64,000 nt of DNA from Eledone cirrhosa. Lineage: Eukaryota. Where the stretch lies: the NCBI GenBank assembly GCA_964016885.1, contig OZ024747.1, forward strand, positions 28,830,001 to 28,894,000, in the 5' to 3' direction. This document shows, piece after piece, positions 40,620 to 52,540 of this stretch. A program made the position numbers and the translations under genes. The notes under the pieces are model-generated. The model was not told the DNA's origin. It searched no databases and was given only the letters and a program-made list of their open reading frames with translations. The stretch's first letter is position 1, and the number at the start of each line of letters is the position of its first letter.

Positions 40620-40774
40620 TTCATTATTTAACGATCGTTTCTAGGATATATATGTGTTAGAATTGGCATGCATATTCAACAGATCTATGTACAAAATTAT
40701 ACAAAATTATACAAACTATCAAAATTAAATATACATACCAAACACATATATATGCCATCTTCAGAAATAATGAA
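40620..40774 (-). ncRNA. Type I hammerhead ribozyme with greatly extended stem II
   Basis: UUCAUUAUUU-CUGAAGA-UGGCAUAUAUAUGUGUU...AACACAUAUAUAUCCUA-GAAA-C(GAUC)G-UU^AAAUAAUGAA; perfect 10-bp stem I. Confidence 0.85.
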
Positions 40775-40873
40775 ATATATTTATTGATAATAACAACAAT
40801 TCAAAATTTCAGGTCCGTTTGGGAACAGAGTTCAAATTGACCAATGAAAATACAAAAAATTTTATGCAGTTTG

Positions 40874-40913
<40 letters not shown>

Positions 40914-40914
<1 letters not shown>

Positions 40915-41249
40915 TTTAAGCTGATTGTTCCTTTTTATCCCTTTGTCTTGCTCACTCTCTGCTTCTTTCACTGAAAGAAATCAGCCTTAAGAGGGATGGG
41001 GTTCACCAGGTTTAAAATGCCCAAGTCATGCCATGTCTAAGACTCCATCAGAAGCCAAGGGCCTTTTCCTTATCTTTTTCCTTATCTAAAGTAATCAGAT
41101 CTTTAATTTCCTTTCAGATTCCTCAACTGTACATTAAAACACTAACCTCACTTTATATAAATGGCCTCAACTCTACCTTAAAACAATATGCATTATTGAC
41201 CAGAGATGCAACTTCCTCATTCGGTTTAGATTTCAACACCAATTTCTTA
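40914..41249 (+). repeat. About 330-bp repeat, inverted copy at 43036-43358
   Basis: Both copies give the ORF start MPCLRLHQKPR, on opposite strands. Confidence 0.85.
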
Positions 41250-41326
41250 TACCATCATCATCGTGGAAAATGGATGTTACACGAAGATGATGATGATAAT
41301 GATGATTTATATATATATTGAATTAA

Positions 41327-41536
41327 CCCTTTAGCATTTACATTACTCTATATATACTGTTACATTTTCATGGTAAAGGCTTTACCTCGCATAATTATCT
41401 CACATAATATCGAATCTATGAGATTTTGAAAGTATTTATTTTGAGAACAATACCTTAACATCAGTTTGGGCGACCAGTTACAGCCAGTTTCAACAGAAAG
41501 AGGTAGAGAATTTTGGCCGGTTTGAACATTAAAGGG
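41327..41536. mobile_element. piggyBac-type MITE (same TIR as 4271-4497)
   Basis: TTAA|CCCTTTAGCATT ... TAAAGGG|TTAA. Confidence 0.7.
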
Positions 41537-42479
41537 TTAAACAAATCTTACCATTTATCAAGGTATTTGGATGATTTGAAATTTGAAATGTTGAAATTCA
41601 AACACGGAATTGCTATAAATGGACATAGTGTTAGAGAATCAGGTAAAATATCCTTAGAAACAGAAAAAGTGGCTAGCAACCATTATAAAAAAATGAACTC
41701 TATATTTCTTGAATCCTGGCCAAGTGTGTTACCCTCTCTGTAGTGACTGCTGGACACTTATGTATGTTGCTAAGAGTATCTTTACAGATTCTTTAATGCT
41801 ATTATCATCTATAGTGATTCTGTGTTTGGATTTCAACATTTCAAAAAAATATATACAAGTTATATTCAAGAGGTTTTGAGATTTTTATCAGCAAGACTTT
41901 TATTTAACTCAGATCAACACAAAACTCTACTCTCTCTCAAAGTAGGATCCTCCAACTTCAATGTAGAACATTCAGGATGTGAGAGTGTTGCACCAGCACT
42001 GGACTGGTACTTTCTTTATCAACCCCAAAAGGATAAAAAGGAAAATGAATCTTAGCAGGATTTGAATTTAGAGTGTAGAGAACAAATACCATAGCACTTT
42101 TTCTCTGATGCTCTACCGACTCTGTAAAAGATATATTGCTGTGAGAACAGAAAATATGGCAGAGAAAAAGAAGAGCAACTAAGATGTAATTATTAATAGA
42201 TAACAATATTATGGGAAGTGATATAGAAACCTTGAAACAGCTTTGGTTGATTATAATGAAACTGTGATTATAAAGCAGGGAAAATGACCTTATAACACTT
42301 GTGATATGATTCATCATAGCTTGACTGTGGAACATTTAGATATGATAGGAATAGCAGCATAATATGAGATGGTATTAGATAAAGTAGGATGTGTTGGTGA
42401 AAAACAAAAATAATTTCTAGCGGATATTGAAGAAGTATTAAGATCAATGGCATAATATTCTAGAGTGATTGCTAGTCGC

Positions 42480-42720
42480 TTTTCCATTTGATAAACATGA
42501 TGCCATTGATATTGGTACTATGAGCAGTAAGGGATTGAGATGAGAGGCAGGTGGTATAAAATCAATCATATGTCTATGGATGATTTGAAGCTGTTTATAA
42601 AGAATAAAAATAGTTTCTTTAGTATAAAATATCTGTGACTTCAGTGGAAGATGTTAAAATGGAATTTGATATATAATAAATGTGGTATTTTAATAATGAA
42701 ATGAGGAAAATCTGTGGAAT
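42480..42720 (+). mobile_element. R4/Dong-like RT fragment
   Basis: INH..MDDLKLF and EDVKMEFDI..KC-like remnants. Confidence 0.5.
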
Positions 42721-42742
42721 ATAAAAGGATGGGGTTACAAAC

Positions 42743-42925
42743 TAATTGTTTCTACTTTAGGCACAAGGCCAGCAATTAACCAGTGCATTACTGGTACTTT
42801 ATTTTATCGACCCCGTAAGGATGAAAGGCAAAGTCAACCTCGGCAGGATTTGAACTCAGATCATAAAGGGACATAACTATGCTGGAAAGCATGGCGTCCG
42901 ACCCTCTACCGATACTCCCAATCCA
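42743..42925 (-). mobile_element. SINE family A
   Basis: Reverse complement of the family A consensus. Confidence 0.85.
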
Positions 42926-45704
42926 CTTGAAGGAGGGAAGCCAAGAGATCTATAAATAGTTAAACAGAAGAACAGAGTTAGATAAGATAAAGGAAACCAG
43001 CAAGAAGGAAATAACAGAAGACTTTAGCAGAAAGGTAAGAAATTGGTGTTGAAATCTAAACCGAATGAGGAAGTTGCATCTCTGGTCAATAATGCACATT
43101 GTCTTAAGGTAGAGTTGAGGCCATTTATATACAGTGAGGTGGGGGGATAGTGTTTTAATGTACATAATCTGAAAGGAAATTAAAGATCTGATTACTTTAG
43201 ATAAGGAAAAGACCCTTGGCTTCTGATGGAGTCTCAGACATGGCATGACTTGGGCATTTTAAACCTGGTGAAGTCCATCCCTCTCAAGGCTGATTTCTTT
43301 CAGTGAAGGAAGGAGAGAGTGAGTAAGTCAAAGTGATAAAAAGGAACAATCAACTTCAGTACCAGGCTATTACTGTATTTATTGACTTCAAATGGATGAA
43401 ACGCAAAGTTGAACTTAGCAGGATCTGAACTCAGAATGCAATAAGCTGGAACAAATACTGAAGCATTTAATATGATGTCCTAATAACTCTGCCAATTCAC
43501 TGCTTAATTTAGATTTTAAAAAAAATTTTTTAATTCCAATGACCATATAAGGAGAATTATATTTCAGAAATGGTATTTATAGGACTTATATATCTTGGAT
43601 AAAAAGAGATAAAATTAATTGGTTACAAAGAATTGAAGCAGAATGAGAAGGGGTTAATGGTTTAGTTGAGGAAGGAATAATAGTATCCATGATCCTTTTC
43701 AGGTGGCCTCTATGGTTGGTGGAAGTGGGAGGGAAGAATTTATCCTCTGACCAGGGACTAAATGGATTTAACAAAATGGACCCTACTAAATGAACTGAAG
43801 TCCCCTTTTTTTAAATGCTGAGGTATGATTTGAGGATATTTGGTGCCATTTCTATCTAGTTGAGCAACCACATAGAGCCTTCATCATTTATTCAAAATAG
43901 AATCAAGATAATTAGTAATGTTGAAATAAATCATATCACAACAGGTAAAACCTGAAATTGCCAATGTCATGTCTTTCGGTAAAGAATGTCTTGTAAGAAG
44001 TCACACACCTTTCACATACCTGTCACAAACTACTTAATATCAGAAGACTTATTAACGAGACAAAATACTTTTTTTTAATGTCCAATTGAAATTCATCCAT
44101 TTATAATGAAAAACACTGACTATGATTTTCAAATAATTATGAAAATAGCTAAGTTTTGCTGGATGCTCTTTCAAATGCCAATCATGGGCTTCCACACAGT
44201 CTCTTTCTACCAAATTACACTTAAAAGTTATTGGTCAATCAAGACTGTAGCAGAAACCATTTGGTTATGAAGCAAACTCCTTACACACACAGCCATGTTT
44301 ATATATTATTAAATATTCATTTTTTTTTTATCATTTAAATGTTGAAACATAAGAGTGATTATAAAGATTTCCAATTACAAATATTATATTTAGTTTTCAT
44401 TTAATTTTTAAAATCTTTTTTTTTTTAATTCAGACACTGTGTTTTTCTCTTTCCAAATCATTGACTAAAACCTTGGAAAACAGACATAAAATGATGAAGA
44501 CAACGATGATGGTGATGATGATGATAATGATGATGATGATGAGAAAGAGGATGACAGTGGTTGTGGTGGTAGGGATGTTGGTGGTGACCAATTCTTCCAG
44601 AACTTTCTATTTCCATTCCAGTCAATTCTATTGATGTAATTTTCTCCTCAGCAATCTCCATAAATAATTTGTTCTCTCTCCTACACCAGCCATTATCTTT
44701 AAACCATATCGCTTCAGCTTTCATTCCCTGGACATATTGGTCTTCCAACACCAATGTCTCTACAACAACACCTACACTTTCTTCACTTCCCACACTATCC
44801 ACACCTCCCACAATACCCACATTTCCCCTCCCTCACACCTTACAGTACCACGACTCCTACACCCCTGAACACTAATATCTCTACAACAATATTCTTGCTT
44901 TTCACAGTACCTACAACTCCCACACCTCCCAATACCAATATCTCTACAACAATACCCATATGTTTACATATAAAATGTTGATAAAATAAAGCACTGGGGT
45001 CAATTTAATTGACTTTCCTCTTTTCTCCAAATTGCTGACCTTGTGCCTAAATCAGAAACCATTATTATGAACGCTGGTAATGTTAAAAATGACAACACAC
45101 ATTTAACGCAGAAGTTTACTTATTTTCACCACCAATTATTAAGACAATTTAAACCCTAACCCTAACCCAAACCTAACACTAAAACTATTTATATGTCCAT
45201 CTTCCACGCTAGCATTGGTTAGACAGGTCCTATTTTGAGGCAAGTTGTGTCGGGTGACTGTGTCTCACTCATATAGAAGTGTTGCTAGCTGGTTTTCTAC
45301 GGCTGGATGCCCTTCCTAATGCCAATCACATTTACAGTGTGGATTGGATGCTTTTTGTCGTATCTTTTACACATCCACTTTACAGTATGGGCTGGGTGCT
45401 TTTTGCTGTATCTTTTACACGTCCACTTTACAGTGTGAGCAGGGGTTACAACAGCAGAAGTTCGATGAGCTTTTGATTCCAGAGTCGGGCCAGATCGATA
45501 TAGATCGAACCTTGAGCTGATCAATAGCGAAATGCACATCACCAATCAATAAACGTAATAAAGGCTTAATAAATTGTTCTTCTATTATTATATTACACTC
45601 TGTTGAGCTCTACACCTCGTTACTTTCGTGAACCTAAACACCGAATGCTCACCTGGGTGAACCAATAAATGTAATGAAGCAGGAACCATTTGTCCTTGTA
45701 TTAT

Positions 45705-45737
<33 letters not shown>

Positions 45738-45823
45738 GGTATATTATATATATATATATATATATATAGGTATATGTGTATATTATATATATATATAAAT
45801 AAATACACATTCATACATATACA

Positions 45824-46169
45824 CATAATTGTTTCTACTATTGGCACAAGGCCAGCAATTATCCAGTACATTACTGGTACTTTATTTTATCGACCTCTTA
45901 AGGATGAAAGGCAAAGTTAACCTCGGTGGTTTATCGACCTCTTAAGGATGAAAGGCAAAGTTAACCTCGGTGGGATTTGAACTCAGACCATAAAGGGACG
46001 TAACTCTTTGCTGCAAAGCATGGCATCAGACCCTCTACCGATACTGCCAACATACATATACACATAATTGTTTCTATTTTTGGCACAAGGCCAGCAATTA
46101 CTCAGTGCATTTCTGGTACTTTATTTTATCGACCCCGTAAGGATGAAAGGCAAATTTAACCTCGGCGGA
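45824..46169 (-). mobile_element. Two adjacent SINE A copies; the first has an internal tandem duplication of about 44 bp
   Basis: ttatcgacctcttaaggatgaaaggcaaagttaacctcggtgg occurs twice; the second copy starts at about 46063. Confidence 0.85.
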
Positions 46170-47088
46170 TAACGAAGATGGGATATATGGCTGATGATGA
46201 GCATTGAGTAGTGGTCAGGCCCATTAAAAGATAACACACATGCACACACACACCATCTTACAAAGACAAACAAATAAATACTAGTTAAGATATTTAGGAA
46301 GTTGTTTCTATCAGTATGACTGTGACATGTCTTTATTGTAGACTGCAGTTAATTAAATAGGCTATACAATACACACATTGCAGTAGAACTTTCTGGAACT
46401 AACTGGAAAGAGTGGAAGAACTAAAAATGAAGTAGTAGAAGTGAACAAACAAAGTATTTAGAAGTTCTGTGTTGGCTAAGACCCTATTTGACAGCTGACA
46501 TTTCATATCACCCACCTGCTCTTCTGGAGGACCTGTAATGTGGGTCATCCAGTTTGTGGTGGAATCAGCAAAGGTTAAAGGTCAAAGATTATTAATTCTA
46601 AAGCCCCACCCCTAGCCTACCATTCCCCCTCCTCAAACTGATTTACCTCATACATGGAATTAATAGAAAGGAAGCATATTTTCAAAAATATGAAGAGAAT
46701 AATCAAAGATTTAAAAACTTTGGAATTTTAATTATCAGCATGCTGTTTTTTTATGGTTGTGGGCATAGTTTCGGCAAATGGTTAAGGAATTTGCTTCACA
46801 ATCATGACATTCCAGCGTTTGGTCCCGCTGTGTCGTTATTTGGTCAAATGTCTTTTACCATAGCCTCAGGTCAACCAAAGCACTGTGAATGAAATTGGGT
46901 AGACAAACTATTTGGAGACCCATTGGATGTACTGTACCTGTAATACAAAAAGGCAGTCTTGCTACATTTGTGTCACGCTAAATATTTGCTGTGGATACAG
47001 TCCACCTGATGGGTTTCCACACAATTTCAATCCAATTTTCCTGGCATGATTTAAGTTGAACTGAGCCTATGGTAAATGACATTAAGCC

Positions 47089-47156
<68 letters not shown>

Positions 47157-48617
47157 GAGTATAACCGAAGTTGCAGATGCAAGTAGCAGGTTCACATCTG
47201 ATTTTCAAAGGCATTCAGCCATGTAGAGCGAAAAAATTATTTTTTTTATTTGAATGTGGCAAAGCCGGCCATTTATCACTCGTATACAGGAAACTGACTG
47301 GCCAGTCTGCTGATATGTAAATCTGGCTGATCAGTGGATCTGCTAATATGCAGATCTGACTGATCTGCCAGTCTGCTAATATGCAAATCAGGCCGATCAG
47401 TCACTGTATATTTTAGAAAATAGTATATATTTTCACTAGCTCTGATAGTTGGCAGGTGAACATTGAGCTGTACTGATGAAGGGTGATACCCAGAAACATT
47501 AGTGCCTGCAGTTCTGTTTACATGCCAACACAAGAGCAAGAATGAAGGGTTCATTCTACTGACATGGCTTTAAAAATGAGGCTTGTTTGCATAATTGCAA
47601 ACGAATCGAATGTTATTATTAATATTCGAAAAACTCAGATTACATTTAAATATATATATATCAAAATAAATTAACGGAGTCATAAACTTGCGTTTATATA
47701 TATTTGTATATTTATATTTGGAGATATTTAGTACTATAACCAAATTTCTTATTATTAAGCTAGTGTTTGAAACATAATATAAAGGTTCTTACTTAAAATT
47801 AAAATTAAAGTTTTTAGATAAATATAAACACTTCTAAACAGATTTGTATCATAGAACCAAACATGATTTCAGGCAGTTTGGTATCAAAAGATTTAAAATC
47901 AATAGGAGTGATCATAACTATTGATCCTGTAAGGTTAAGTAATTAACTGTATTTATTTCACGAGGGAGTGTGAGAACTAAACAGTTACCTGGTAGCTGTT
48001 TATTACAATATATTATTTATGAAGCACACACACATGTATTAACTGTTGAGCCAAGCTGTTGACATACACTTTGTGTTGTTGGTGGTATTGTAGTACAAGG
48101 TGGTGGTAGTATTAGTTATGTTGTGGTTTATCAAGTTAAATACATTCACCACCAAAAAAAGATTATAGCAATCTGAAAGTACCAGAAATATATCATCATC
48201 ATTTTGTCTGTTCTTTTTTTTTTCAATGCTAGCATAGGATGGACAAGTCAGGACAGACCAAGTCAGCACATAATTGTAGGTATTTTCTTCCTAAACTGGC
48301 CAATAGGGCCATGTCTTGTCTTGCTTATACACATTCCAATTTTATCAGTTTCTATCACTGGATGCTCTTTCTAACACCAACCATTTTACAGAGTGTACGC
48401 TAGGGATGACAGAGAGAAACAAAAAATAATATATATGTAAGTCATTCAAAACTAACTAGCCTGAAACCGTTTATATTAATATGTTCAAACTTTAAATTCA
48501 AATAATCAACATCATATGCATCAGCTTTCCACATCGGCATGGATTGGTTGGAATAATAGTCACAGGTAAAGCTCTACTACATTGAAGGAAGGATGAATTT
48601 GGGGATTGTGACTACCA

Positions 48618-48950
48618 CTGTTCTATGGTACCAATACACCTGAGACACTGTTCTATGGTACCAACACACCTGAGACAGATCTATGGTACCAACACACCTG
48701 AGACAGATCTATGGTACCAACACACCTGAGACAGATCTATGGTACCAACATACCTGGGACTAACACTGTTATATGGTACCAACACACCTGAAACTACTAC
48801 TGTTCGATGATACTAACACACCTGAGACTGTTTTATGGTACCAACATACCTGTGACACTTCTATGGTACCAACACACCTGAGACTAATCTATGGTACCAA
48901 CACACCTGAGACTGATCTATGCTACCAACACACCTGGGACTACCTCTGTT
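48618..48950. repeat. About 28-30-bp minisatellite (ctatggtaccaacacacctgagacagat)
   Basis: About 11 tandem units. Confidence 0.9.
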
Positions 48951-50408
48951 TTATGACAGTGTATATCAAATTGTAGATCCAGCCATTGTTGAGTGGGTGT
49001 ATTTATCATAGTCTTGGATTGACTCAAACTTTATGAACAAAATTGGGTAGACAGAAACCGTGTCGAAGCCCATCGAGTAGTCTGTAACTCTAAGTCATTG
49101 GTCCATCTTGTCACATATTGTGTTACTTTGATTTGGTTTGGGAATTTATTACATTAAATGTACTACACTATAATATAAGATGGACTCTACGTGTAATTTG
49201 AAGGCCCAGCCTTCTTACATATTTTGACATATTGATTTGGTTTGGGAATTATGTTAGCATAGATGCGTCTGTGGAATACTCAAACTCTTGCACATTAATT
49301 CACAAGATGGATGTCCAGATGATTGAACAACTGAATCATCGTTGTCATAATAGATAGAGTATCCATCAGAAATATTGTTGTCAAAGGGTTAAACACACAA
49401 TGGTTAAGGAAGTAAGTAAACCTTCTGACAATTAGTCCATTGCTCTGTCCATCTGATGCTCTACTGTCTCATATTGTGAGAGCTAAACAGTTTCTGTCTT
49501 CAGTCTTCAGTTGACTGATCTGATATTAATATGGGTAAGAAAGAAAAGAAAAACTGTAATAAAAATGGTCTTTTAATCAGTGACTAGTTGTAGGTTTAGA
49601 AGAAGAGTTAAGTTGCTTGAGGCTGACAGCTACTTTTGAAAGCTTTCAGGAGGAAATACACACACAACATCTGTTCCTGTGTGACCACTGAACTCAAACA
49701 AGGTCAAGTTGGGTGACTGACTGCTTGGAAAACCAGGTGCTGATGTGAATATATATTCTATGCTGTGTATGTAGTATGTGTTGTATGTTGTATACATTGT
49801 ATGTATTGTAGTCTAACTACCTGCTTGTTTCACTGTGATGGCTGCATTGGGAAAACCTTACACTTTAATAATCCATCCACCCTCTCTCTCTTTCATCTGT
49901 TTCTCTCTGTCTTTTCCTTTCAAATTCTTTCCCTTCTTCTATGGTGATTATTTCTCCAGTTGTTCCTTGCTTCACCAGCCAGCCTGCCATCATCTATCTA
50001 TCCACACATCAGCCTAAGTTGCCAACTCACTAAGCAGCTAGCCAGTCAACCAAGCTAGCTAAAACACCACCACATAACAACCACAACCATACAACCAATA
50101 CTCACCGCCAGCTGAGCATTCCATGAACCAGCCAAAGAGCCAACATGCATGTGCTCACTCAATCTGCTAGAAGTAGCAGCCAAACCTCCTTCAAACCGTA
50201 CCCCAACCTTAAAAAAAAAGAAATAACACATTGGATAATAAGATCTTCTTAGACATCTAAAAAAAGATAAAGAAAAAATTGAAATACCTTTCTTCATGGG
50301 TTTGCTGCATCAAGGCCGACTTGAAGCTAAACAACTAAATAGCACACACTATATACACACATATATATATAAAAACGGTGATGATGATATACACACAGAC
50401 ATATATGT

Positions 50409-50442
<34 letters not shown>

Positions 50443-51205
50443 CGTGTTTAAACCTATTAAAGCACAACAAAATAGGATTTCAGTTATACAAATTGAAATA
50501 TAAAATACACACTTTTGTTATTAAAAATTAATATTTTGAAGTAAAGCCTGTTTGGTTGGCTGAGTTTACTTTACTCAGAAAGTGAACTTTCCATTAGGTT
50601 ATTTTCATATATGGTTTCATTTATTGGGCCATGGCCATGCTAAGGTACCACTTTATACTTATTTGTTCATTTGCTTTTTCTCTCCTGTTACAAGGGAATG
50701 AATGAATGAAAAAGTGAAAGAATGGAAGGATGGATAAACTAGTGTGCTTGAGAAAACCAGGTGTTATATATGAATGAATACTGGTGGTGGTGGTGGTGGT
50801 GGTAATGATGTTTGGTAGAGTCTGAAGTTGTGTTTTGGCTGTTTGAACCAGAGACTGCCTACCTGCTTAGTAAATGTAAGATAAGGAGATAGGGTGATGG
50901 TGGGAGGATAAGGAACAGGGCGAAGAAGAAAGGTGAATAGTGGGAGGATAAGGAAAAGGGTGAAGAAGAAGGGGGAGTCATGGAAGGATACTGAACAAGA
51001 TGAAGGAAGAGGAGGGGTATTGAAGGAGATTGTTGTAGTGACAATAACTACAACAAAGAACCTAACATAACAAACAACAACAACCACAACAACAAAGAAA
51101 TGAATAGATTCCTGAACACTGAAGCATTTTATATCCCATCTAATTTCCATAGAGATAATAGTTAAACAAGTGTATGTGTGTGTGTGTGAGAGAGAGTGAA
51201 TGTGC

Positions 51206-51258
<53 letters not shown>

Positions 51259-51439
51259 ATGAAACCTAGTAAGGTAAAAGCATGTTAAATAATGATGATG
51301 ATGATGTTGAGGATGTCTTAGCGTGTGTGTGTATCTGCAGCCATAGCTACATGGTGTTAAGGAATTCATTTTGCAACCACGTGGTTTTGGGTGACACCTT
51401 AGGCAAGTGTTTTCTGCTGTAGCCTTGGGTTGAACAAGT

Positions 51440-52540
51440 GCAATCTAGCCATAGCTGCAGCAACACATATTTCTAGCTATAGACAAAAGAACTACAACAC
51501 CACAATACTACATATTGTTAACAATAGACCAGAGTATCACAACACCATATATTGCTAGCTACAGTACCACAATACCCCTCAATACCACAACACAACATAT
51601 TGTAAGCTCTAGACTAAACTACAGCGTCACAACTCCACATATTGCTACCTATGGCTATAGTACCACTGTACCACAACACAACTACATTACATTTTGCTAG
51701 CTATAGACAAAAGCACCACAATACCACTTATTGCTAGCTATAGACAACAACACTACATAACGCTAACTATGGACCACAACACCACAACACAACATGATCC
51801 TAGTTACAGATCACAATACCACAACATCACATATAACAAGCAATAGGCGACAGCACCACATATTACTAGCTACAGACTACAGTATCACAACATCACAACA
51901 CCCCACATTGTTAGCTATAAACAACGACACTACAATGCTACATACTGCTAGCTACAGACCTCAACATGACAATACTACATATTGCTAGCTATAGACAATA
52001 ACTACACATAAATCTAGCTGTAGTCAACAGTACCACAGCATCAGAACCACACAACACCACATCTTGCTAAGTATAGACCACAGCAACACAATTCCACATA
52101 TTTTAAGCTATAGACTTCAGCACCACCACACCACATCTTGTTAGCTATAGACTTCAGTACCACAACATCATATCTTTTTAGCTATAGACTACAGTACCAC
52201 AACAAAACATATTCCTAGCTACAGAATACAATACCACAACATATGTGGCTATCTATAGAACATATCACCACAACATGTATTGCTACTTATAGGCCTCAAC
52301 ACCACAACACCATGTAATGCTAGCTATAGACTATAGTACCACAACACCATGTAATGCTAGCTATAGACTATAGTACCACAACACCACATATTGCAAGCTA
52401 TAAACAACCGCCTTACATATCACTAACTATGAACCACAGCATCATGCAATGCTAGTTATAGATCACAATACCACAACACCACATATTGCTAGCTATAACC
52501 CACAGTACTACAACACTGCTACACCACATATTGTGAGCAA
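51440..52540. repeat. Degenerate 35-40-bp minisatellite (cacatattgctagctatagac.acagtaccacaacac)
   Basis: Recurrent gctagctatagac and accacaacac motifs. Confidence 0.85.

Noticed and set aside
46581-46595. DR1-like nuclear receptor site AGGTTAAAGGTCA near 46572-46584
   Set aside because: A single short motif with no supporting context.
48618-48950. CRISPR-like regular repeats (also 6010-6323)
   Set aside because: Tandem units without unique spacers, no cas genes, eukaryotic context.
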